Shown one piece after another: positions 38,851-49,303 of a DNA stretch of 64,000 nt. The stretch's first letter is position 1, and the number at the start of each line of letters is the position of its first letter. Source of the stretch: the human T2T-CHM13v2.0 reference genome, Homo sapiens; assembly GCF_009914755.1 (NCBI RefSeq), contig NC_060930.1; one strand, given 5' to 3'. The notes under the pieces are model-generated. The model was not told the origin of the DNA, did not search any database, and worked only from the letters and a program-made list of their open reading frames with translations. The position numbers were made by a program, and so were the translations under genes.

Positions 38851-41329
38851 AGTAGTGTTGCTATTTTATGCTTTAACTATGAAACTATTAAGGACATAGT
38901 TAACATAAACATTATAAAAATCTCCCGAGTCCTAAAGATTAAAACAACCTCCTGGGGTTTCAGAAATGATTAATTTAGAGATATCTATACTTACAGTCCC
39001 CTTCATTAGATCCCAAAGATAACTAGACACAGGACTGCTCTTTAAGTGTAACCGGAATAGGCAACACTTTTGCTATGTTTCTAGAAGCACTGGGCACTTT
39101 CCTTGTAATTTCCTCAAATACCTGCCTTATCTTCTTGGTCTGTTAGCTCAGGCTTTATCAGAAATACATTTGTGGGAGTGGGTGTGCACATGTGTATGTT
39201 TTAAGCCATTGAGACTCCGAGAGTTTTCTTTGAAATTGCAAATACTCTTCAGGGGATAAAACACATTCAGTTATCATCAGTTGTCAGTATAATTGGTTTT
39301 TCTGATTCTTTTCTTCATGGCATCTAGCCGAGTTCACTGGGAAGCCAGCTAATAATGTGCTGAGTACTGGGCCAAGCACCATTTCTGTAGTTAGACTTAC
39401 AACTTGCCCCCCTTTTGACTCTGCTACTCTCTATTGTTTGTTATCTTATCCTACCAATAATTGCAGCTTTTCATGTCCTCATCATATTTCCCATACACTG
39501 GGCCAGAACTGGTGCTAGAAGAATCTTCCCTGTGGTTTTCCACCCCCAACTGAAGGTTGGTGTAGAGCACAGAAGTCCAACAAAGCCAATGTAACATCAC
39601 CCAATGTGAACTGACACATTATGTGAAAAAAAAGGGGGGGAGTGTGTGTATATATACACATACTCACAACTACATAGATATAGTATACATTTGAAGAAAG
39701 TATTGGTTCTTACACTTTCTCCTTTTAAGTATAGAGTGAGGGTTCTTTTCTCCTTCTTTGTTCCTCCACTTCGATTATGTACAAACTCCCTTAAGGTATT
39801 AAAGGTGCCCTGAGGAGCCAGTGTGCTCACTCTCTGTGGTATCTCAACACTTAACTAATCGTGCCTATAAAGTGACGCTCTAAGGGCTCACTTAAGAAGA
39901 GGAGAAGAGGGTTCAGGTGCCTCTCAGGATGTAAAATGATGAGTTCTGGATGCATATTTCTAACAGATGGACACGGCATTAAGAAAGCAGCCACAGAAGG
40001 CAGCAGGTGGAGCAGGCAGCTGGAAAGCGCAGCCACTTGCAGGAGCACTTGACATTAATTACACCTGTTGGAATTCTCGCCCAACTTTTTGCTTTCAAAT
40101 GTGTTCTCAGTATAATCACTGTGAGGCAGGGGGAAAAGAAAAGCAGCTGAGGGCTGGAAACAGGAAATGGAGCACTTGCACTGAGAGCAAAGAGAAAGAG
40201 GTGGGCCAGGGGGACGGCTTTTCTGGCTCATGCCCTTCAATTAATCACATGTCCAAAATAGGAGCCACGGGTGCTATTACTTATAGTGGTCCAGATGATT
40301 CCATCTTGGGGCTGAAGAGGACAATTTAAAAACAATTAAACAAATGTTCAAAGCAGTAAAAGCAGGAGTATGCATTCAGTCCTTTAGAAATTAAACATGT
40401 TGCTCTGTATCTGAAGAGATTAAATATATACATTTAATGTTTTGTATCATCTGAGCTCATTTCAAAACTTTCTTGGGCCATGTAGTGATTTTCCAAATCT
40501 CTGAGATTCTTCATTTATTTCTGCCTGTACAATGGGATCCTAGCTTTCTCTAAGCTGTGTCCTAGTTATCAGCACAACTTGCATCTTCTGCTACTCTATG
40601 GCTCACAGTGTGGCTCCTTTCATGATAAACTTATATCATTGCCTGAAGCTGTGTGGATGTTCTAGTCTGCTTCCGCTATTCTTTCTCTCTGGAATGCCCC
40701 TGTTAGCCTTACAAATTTCTGCTCACCATTAATTGTGAACTCAAGGGTTAAATGTGTAATAAAGCCTTCAGTGATTGTCCCAGGCAGACCTGAGCCTTCA
40801 CCCTCCTCAGAGTCACAGGACCTTTCCCATTCATTTTCAAAGTGTGGAGCACCTTGCTGTGCTGGGCTGGCCTGGACCCCCTCCTCTGGGCCATGAGCTC
40901 TGTGAGGAGAGCTCCATTTCTACTCTTCTGTAGTTTCCTCCTTCCCCCCAGCTCATAGTCCCCCACTTTATAGTTCTGACTAAATGTGATTTGAATATAA
41001 GTTGCCTTTACCTGGAGGTATAGGTCCCACCACTGAAAAATAATTTTAACCCAATCTCAGTATCTCCTGAGAAAAAATAAGATGCGGCTTTCAAAACTAT
41101 CAATTGTCTTCAGGTTTTTGCTCACTTTCCAGTGAGACTTACCCTGACTACCACTGTATTACAAAATGGCAAGCGCCTTAGGTATTAATGTGTGATGGGA
41201 TTTTTGCTCATTATGGTATGAAATGATGTGAGGTAAAACATATATTTTTATAAGGAATAAGGATGGAGTTAAAAAGGTCTGTTGAAGTGAAGTAAAGAGG
41301 AAATGGAAATAAACATGATTGTGAAGAGA

Positions 41330-41810
41330 TGGCTGCGGTTTAACAATGCATCCAGCTGAAGAATAAATCTACCTCTGCTAATAATAGAGGTTGATTTTTC
41401 TCACCAAGATGACTGGCACACATTTATGTAGACCTAAATGAAGGGACCGTTGCACTAGCTCAGTAATGCCGGAGCCAGAATCTGTGTAGTAAGACTTTTT
41501 TGTTTTTCTCTCATGGTTTCAAGATGGCTGCCAGAGCTTCAAATAGCATGCCTATTTTCAAAAGGAATGGAGAAGAGAGTTGCACAGAGACCTTTAACAC
41601 ATTTATCAGGAAAGCAAAAGCTTCAACAGAATCCACTCTGGATACAGTTGCCAGTGTCTAGATGGGCAATGCCTTGATGTCACTTAGCTTCCCCTAGGAC
41701 AGAGTAAAGAAAGGAAGGATTTTACTTTCCCAGCCTCTGTCCTGGAGCTGGGAGAGAGGAAAAGGGATTTGGAATGATCTCTGGGTTACCCAACCAGCAG
41801 TGTCTGCCGC
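41330..41810 (-). mobile_element. Old MLT1 (J/K-type) LTR fragment
   Basis: ctcatggtttcaagatggctgccagagcttca motif typical of old MLT1 in reverse orientation. Confidence 0.5.
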
Positions 41811-41849
41811 AAAAATAACTAGTAGATAAAATGAATTGGCCAAAATAAG

Positions 41850-42230
41850 TAAATTGAAAGAAGACATTCACTTATAGTGGATATATAAGTAAAATGAATA
41901 ATTCAATCAAAGGATAAAATAATATGTCTTAGGACAAATGCATAAACTAGATGTATGTATCAAATACATAATTTTAAAAACAAGATATGAGAGCAGAATT
42001 GTACAATATTATACTACTCATGTCATTAAAACACACAAAATACTGATTATTAAATGGATATATATATATATATATATGTATAAATGTTTAAAAACATAAA
42101 CTGGAAGATACACGTCAAATTCAGCCTAGTAGTTGCCTTCTTTGTGGAAGAAGAGGGTAATAGGGAAGAGGAACAAAAGGAACTTCATTTTATTTTGCAA
42201 AGTTTCACTCCTGTCACAAAATCAAATGGT
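41850..42230 (+). mobile_element. Old L1M 3' fragment
   Basis: ctggaagatacacgtcaaatt...agtagttgccttct...ggaacaaaaggaacttcattttattttgcaaagttt. Confidence 0.55.
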
Positions 42231-42547
42231 AAGGCTGGTATGTATATGAGAGTTTGGTGAGAAAAACAACTAGAAGAAATAGTAAGAGTTTAAATTTAGT
42301 TCTATCACTGAAAATAAATTTAAAGGAGCATAAAATGAAAACACAGATGGGATTCTAATTGCCACGAAAGCCTAAGAAATAGAGACATAATTTACCACGG
42401 GAAATAGTACTGAATGAGGAAGAAGCCCCAGAATCAGCCTTTGACTTTGGTTCTGAACTTACTCACTTTGAACTTTAGCTTTCTGACTTGAAAGATGAGG
42501 ATTTTTGTTTTTATTTTTTCATTGTTCTTTAGAAATATTTATCGTTT

Positions 42548-42865
<318 letters not shown>

Positions 42866-43860
42866 TTAAGAATATTAACTATTTTGTAATAAGGCATGCT
42901 TTAAAACAATCTTTGCAATTTAAGTCATAAACTGTGGTGGTCCTGTAAAACATCAAAATTGTTCATTTATTTGATTTATATTTATTGAAAGCTTACTATA
43001 TGCTGGAAGCCTAGGAAATAGGGCATAAATCAATCAAAAGTTCTAGTGCTAATGAAAATGATAGTCTGACTGGGGCCAGAGATAGTAAGTACATACTTAG
43101 TATATAAGGAAGCCCATGAAGCAAAATGTAGCAGGATCAGAGAGTACTCAGGGCCAGGTGACAGTGGAACTAATGCTCTAGTAGCTAGATTAGGTTTCTC
43201 TTACAAGGCACTATTTAGCCTAGAAAGAATGTAAAAGTCAAATATCTTTCACAAGTAACATTTGCTATGAGTAATTTAAATTATATATTATATAAAATAT
43301 ATTAATATAGTAATTATAACTGCCTTGTATTTTAATACGGATTTGTATGTGCTTCAAGGGGTTTTGTTCTTTCTTTTTGCACACATACTGCTTTTTATCG
43401 TAGCACTCCCATCCAGACAAGAAGTATACATTCTCTGCTTTGTAGTCAATCTCTTTGTGTCAGTTTGGATGGAAACCTGACTTTGTGTCAGTTTGGATGG
43501 TTTGATTCCTACACATCTAATATCTTGAGCGGATATTCCTGGATGAATAATGGTAAAGTTATCTCCCTTAGGAAAGCTTGTTGTCCCCATCATGTCTGTG
43601 TTACACAGCCATTGGATATACAACATTGGCTGGAGTGGGGAAGGTTTGGGGGATTTTCTTATCAGCTGTCTTCTGCTCTTAGTTAGTGAAATCTAACAAG
43701 CACCCAGACCGATAACATGTGAGTTTCCATTTGAAAGTTTGGCTCTTGTTTATAAATATTAATACGGTTGAAAGTTAATATATTTTGAAAAATGCTTTAA
43801 GATGTTTTAAAAAAGGCTTTTAAAGTTTCATATTCTGCAAGAGTCTGGACAAGTAAAATA

Positions 43861-44267
43861 CAATTGGCCTTTGAACAACATGGGTTTGAACCACACAAGC
43901 TTACTTATGCTCAGATTTCTTCTGCCTCTGCCACCCCTGAAACAGTAAGACCAAGCTTTCCCCTTCCCCAACCATTCAACATGAAGATAACAAGGATGAA
44001 GAGAGGATTCCATTTCCACTTAATGAATAGTAAATATATTTTCTCTTTCTTATGCTTCTCTTAACATTGTTTTCTCTAGCTTACTTTATGGTGAGAATAC
44101 AGTACATAATACATAGAATACACAAAATATGTGTTCATCAATGGTTTATGTTATCAGTATGACTTCCTGTCAACAGTAGGTTATTAGTAGTTAAGTTTTT
44201 GGAAAGCCAAAAGTTACTGTGTGAGGGGTTGGCACCCATAACCTCCATATTGTTCAAGGGTCAACCA
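43861..44267 (+). mobile_element. Tigger2a (MER28) DNA transposon
   Basis: TIRs caattggcctttgaacaaca / tattgttcaagggtcaacca flanked by TA; internal ctctgccacccctgaaacagtaagaccaa. Confidence 0.88.
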
Positions 44268-45601
44268 TACATTATTTAGATTTGATCAAACTGGATTTTT
44301 AGTATGTTTTTGATTTTAGGTCATCACAGAACTCAAGGGATTTCTGAGACAAATAGCCTAATGGAAGATTAAACGCAAACTGAAAAAGATCTTAATTTAC
44401 TGAGAAAACTGGAGATAGGAACTAAGGTTTAAAATCTGAGTAGCTGAGAAGCTGCCACTTATTCCAGTGTCTGAAACATGGATATATTGAAAGATTGAAA
44501 GAAAATCTTATAATTGAACAGTGAGCGTCTTTGGATATTGTGTAAAAAGCTCTATAAAAGATAAGAGCCTGATGTTAGCTTGGAGAAAGTCCCCCTTGCC
44601 TTATTAATGTTGGTAAAACTTTGTTACTACTCAAAAAATAGCCATCAACTTTAAAACCAACAAACATTTTCATAAGCCACTAATATTGACCATGCCATTT
44701 AGTTCTACCTTATTTATTCTTTGACTTCCAGGAATAGATTCCCTTTCCTCCTCTGGAGATCATAGGATTGGAAATTTTGGCCAATGGTAGATAAATACAA
44801 AGTTGTTGTGAGGTCTGCATGTGTGCTGGAATATACATACTGTGGTTAGAAAAGTGCCTGATACATAGTAAAAACACCATATCCATAAAATTAATATAAT
44901 CAAATAAACCAGAAAGTTAATACTATCAAAATTAAAGAGTAGTATATTTTGTAACTTTTATATTTGCTGCCAGATTTTCTTTGTTCCAGTTGCCAAAACA
45001 AATATTGGCTGATGAAAAACCTAACTTAAACATTGACCCAGGAAAATTTGGGTTTCATCTCTAAGCAATCTTCTCTGTGCTGTAGTGCCAGGCAGAGGGC
45101 TGTTCTCTCCCTAATATATCATTCCTGCTGGAAACCAGGAAAGTCTAATGTCACCATTAGAATTTATTTTTTTCTGTCTTGGCTTGCAGATTAAACTATA
45201 CATGTCTCTGAAAGCTAACAGCTTATTATTAACAGTTAGAGCAGAGGTTAAAGAAAACATTCCTAAAAGAATGAGAACTAGGGTAGGATTTGGAGCTATG
45301 AAGTGAATTTAGTGAGGGAAAGAAATGGGGAAAGATAACAGGAGAGGAAAGTGAAGCTCAAAGGCGAGGTGGAAAGGCATAGAACCTTTTATAGCTTACA
45401 TCTTACTTGTGTCTGGAGCAGGCCCTGGCCTGTCTATATAGAGGAGAAAAAAGGTTACCTGTTAACCAATGGATGATTTCAGTTGAAGATTCCTAGACTT
45501 CACATTCAAGGGTAAAAAGCAGAATGTATCACCATACCAGGACTCGTAGTTTCCTGCTATTCAAAACTCCAAATTCGTAGTCCTCATTCCTGGAATACTA
45601 T

Positions 45602-45680
45602 TTAGGTTGGTGCAAAAGTAACTGTAGTTTTGACATTGAAAGTAATAGCAAAAACTGCAATTACTTTTGCACCAACCTAA
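45602..45680. mobile_element. MADE1 (Hsmar1-derived MITE), palindromic
   Basis: ttaggttggtgcaaaagtaa...ttacttttgcaccaacctaa; perfect 20-bp outer inverted repeat, 79 bp. Confidence 0.96.
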
Positions 45681-47467
45681 ATCGTGTAGTTGTTTCACCA
45701 TGTATATGAATCCAGTTATTCTGTTAGATTTGGGGCCAAAAAAGATTTGAAGAATTGCTAAAGGATAGAACTTTTCTGATATAGCTCAATGTTGTGATAA
45801 ATACATGCTCTGAAAAATGAAGGAAAGCTATTTAGAATAGAGAATTTGTTCCAACGTAAAACAAATTTAATGGAAGGAGAATTATCCTAATAATCGATTA
45901 TGAAAGAAAAATACTCCTCTGGAATTTTGTATATAATGGCTCAAAGACACGAAACTTTTATATTTTAAGAAGAAAGAAAAGTGAAAATAAAAGTGCTTTC
46001 ATATAAATGATGAAAATGAATCTGTAATACCTGTTCATTCATCTACAGAGAATGTTATTAGATCAGAATGAGAACATCCTAATAAAGAAAGGAAATTGAA
46101 TAGGTAGGTTATGAAGCATTACAGGATGCACAAGAAACAGTTTGTACCCTCGATAGCCACCTGAGGTGTGTGCCATTATACTTTCCAAAATTAGTGAAAT
46201 TCTAATTCTTTTAGAAAGGATATTTTCCATTAAAGATTAGAAAAATCAAGAAATAAGTTCTTTTTGATGAAACTTTGAAGTTAGGATAGCAGCAGGCTTT
46301 ATCAGTTCCTGCCGTGTTTCTTTTTCCTTTAGAATTAAACTATGTATGTTCCAGGAGAAATGATTGTATCAGTTAAAATAAAAATTACCACGGTTCTTCT
46401 AAGCATCCTCTTTTAGTGTATTTGATAGAGACCATGAAGTTTTCAAGGGAGACTGTAGTCTCTGCACATAGGAGTATCAGATTCTGTGAATAACAAGAGA
46501 CAAAAACCCAATGTCAAAATGTGAGCCTGCTGTATTGGCACATTGGTTTGAGTGTTCTGCTTGTGCGGGCAAAAGGTTGACCATTGAATTGAAGAATGTG
46601 CTTTTCAGAGTAATAAGTTCTTACCATAGAAAGGTCAGCTAACACAGAGGGAAGATTATGCAACTGAGATCGAGCGTATCAACGGGGACCCTCAAAAGGG
46701 AATTGATATTATGGCAGACATTATCTTCTGTTTTCTAAGTTCTAACGGAACATTTTAATGGAACTCAGAGAAGACTAAATTTGTTGTCTGCACAACTCTT
46801 ATTAACATTTTGTCTTGCTCCACAGAGAGTGCGTCCTGCAGTAGGTGAGACATGATAAAGTATTTCCAACGCTTACAATAATGAAATGTTAGCATGCTTG
46901 ACCTCTGCAGCTATCCATCATTAAAGAATTAATTTTCTGGACCTGAATCCATTTATTTCCTCATTTTAGCGTATGTTTGGTTATTAAGGGGAAGGGAGAG
47001 TAAAACTTTATAGATAGAAGGAGAAAATAAAGTTATTAACCTGTCTTGCCAACAACCCATTTTATGTAATAGGGGAAATGTTGAACTACTCATTAGCTAT
47101 TCTTTCTCTAAGGTTAAACAGGTAAAATAAAATAACCCACTACTAAGAGATAACAAATGTTGAATAAACTGGGTTTGAAAGAAATATTATAATTCATTTT
47201 TAAAGGGAAGAAAAATGCTCAGGAAATTCTCAATTTTTATTTTCCTTTTTCCACTTGAATGTGAAAAAAATTATAGAATTATCTATTTTCAGGTGGATAA
47301 GAAACTGCATAATTGAATTATACAAAAACTGAAGGATTTTCATGCACAAGGAGAGGATTCTGAAGCACTATAACTTAATTACAGATTTAAAATCATTTAA
47401 AGAAATTCTTTTTAGAAAAGTTACTTGTCTATAAACTATGTATTGGGGTTCTCCAGAGAAACAGAAC

Positions 47468-48192
47468 TATCTTAATCCACTTGGACTGCTGTAACAAAAT
47501 ATCATAAACTGGGTGGCTTATAAACAACAAAAATGTATTCCTTACATTTCTGGAGTCTGGGAAGTCCAAGATCAAGGCAATCGTAGATTGAGTGTCTGGT
47601 GAGGGCCAACTTCCTCATAAGTGGCACCTTCTTGCTGTGTCTTCACATAGCAAAAGAAGAGAGTCTCTTAGCCCTTTATAAAGGCGCCAATCCCATTCAT
47701 GAGGGCTCCACACTCATGACATAATAACCTCCCAAAGGCCCTACCTCCTTTCACCGTAATATCAATAATCAGGTTTCAGCATGCATATTTTGGTGGGGAC
47801 ATGATATGGTTAGGCTGTATCCCCACCCAAATCTCATCTTGAATTGTAGCTCACACAATTCCTACATGTCGTGGGAGGGACCCCGTGGGAGGTAATTGAA
47901 TCATGTGGGGATCATGGGGGCGGGTCTTTTCCATGCTGTTCTGATGATGGTGAATAAGTCTCACAAGATCTGATGGTTTTATAAGAGGGAGTTCCCCTGC
48001 ACATGCTTTCTTGTCTGCCACCATGTCCCACGTGCCTTTTGCCTTCTACCATGATTGTGAGGCCTCCCCAGCCACGTGGAACTGTGAGTTCATTAAACCT
48101 CTTTTTCTTTATAAATTACCCAGTCTTGGGTATGTCTTTATCAGCAGCATGAAAATGGATTAATACAAGACACAAACGTCCAGACAATAGCA
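47468..48192 (-). mobile_element. MLT1A/MLT1A0 LTR, split by THE1
   Basis: tatcttaatccacttggactgctgtaacaaaat...ttttggtggggaca|caaacgtccagacaatagca; TSD agaac at 47463-47467 and 48193-48197. Confidence 0.85.
47802..48167 (+). mobile_element. THE1 (B/C) solo LTR
   Basis: tgatatggttaggctgtatccccacccaaatctcatcttgaattgtagctc...gcagcatgaaaatggattaataca; near-TSD ggaca/agaca. Confidence 0.92.
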
Positions 48193-48194
48193 AG

Positions 48195-48197
<3 letters not shown>

Positions 48198-48246
<49 letters not shown>

Positions 48247-48290
48247 TCCATATATATGTTTCCATATATATGTTTTCATATATATATATG
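48198..48290. repeat. (AT)23 followed by ~3 copies of a 14-bp gtttccatatatat unit
   Basis: Seen directly. Confidence 0.95.
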
Positions 48291-48897
48291 GAAAGAGAGA
48301 GAGAAAGAAGTATAGTACTGGCTCATGTGATTGTGGGGACTAAAAAATTCAAAATCCTCAGCATGGGCTGGCAGGCTGGAAACCCCAGAGAACCAATGGT
48401 GCAGTATGCTAGAGAATTCCCTCTTGATTTGGAAGGCCAGCATTTTTGTTCAACTGAAAGGATGAGGCCCATCCACATAATGGAGGACAGTCTGCTTTAT
48501 CCAGAGTTCACTGATTTAAATGATAATCTCTTTCAAACACACCCTGCAAGTTAACATATAAAATTAACTATCATGCATCATATATTTACAAATGGCCAAG
48601 AATTAGGATTTACTACCTTTATATGCAACTGAATTGGAAGCAAAATGTTCTACAAAAAGAACTAGTTAAAAATAAAGTGTATACAGTGTACAAAATTGTG
48701 AACTTTTTACTCTTTCATCATTTCAGTGTCATTACCAGTATATTTCCTTCTCTGAAGATTTAGAAGAATAGGTAAGAAAGTGGCACGGATAATAGTAATG
48801 TTCACTGTCCTTAATGCACCTGATAATTTTATCCAGGTCTAATTTTATCCAGTTTTGAACAATCAAAAAAGAAATGTGGGATATTAATAGTCCGCTT

Positions 48898-49077
48898 ATT
48901 GCCTGGGCTGGAGTGCAATGGCACAATCATGGCCTTTTGGGCTCAGGTGATCCTCCCAACTAAGCCTCTGGAATAGCTGGGACCACAGGCATGTGTGACC
49001 ACACCCAGATAATTTTCTTTTAATTTTTTGTAGAGACAGCGTCTCACTATGCTACCCAGGCTGGTCTTGAACTCCTT
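48898..49077 (-). mobile_element. Partial AluJ
   Basis: ggctggagtgcaatggcacaatcatgg...gggctcaggtgatcctccc...gtagagacagcgtctcactatg...ggtcttgaactcct. Confidence 0.85.
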
Positions 49078-49146
49078 AACATTAACAGTAATATTGACTT
49101 TAAATCAGTATACTAAGCTCTCTGTTAGTGATTTAAAAATTTAAAA

Positions 49147-49303
49147 GGTGGTGTGTGCCTGTATGCCTAGCTACTTGGGAAGCTGAGGCAAGAGGATCAC
49201 TTGAACACAGGAATTTGAGGCTTCAGTGAGCTGTGATCATGCTGCTGCACTCCAGCCTGAGCAACAGAGTGAAACCTTGACTTTAAAAACAAGCAAACAA
49301 AAA
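49147..49303 (+). mobile_element. AluJ right monomer / FRAM
   Basis: ggtggtgtgtgcctgta...gaggatcacttgaacacaggaatttgaggcttcagtgagctgtgatc...A-rich tail. Confidence 0.85.

Larger units (their letters stand above)
47439..48575 (-). mobile_element. MLT2 (ERVL) LTR, interrupted by MLT1A and THE1 insertions
   Basis: Starts tgtattggggttctccagagaaacagaac; resumes after 48192 with (TA)n, ggctcatgtgattgtgg, ggatgaggcccatccacataatggagg, aagttaacatataaaattaactatca. Confidence 0.8.
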
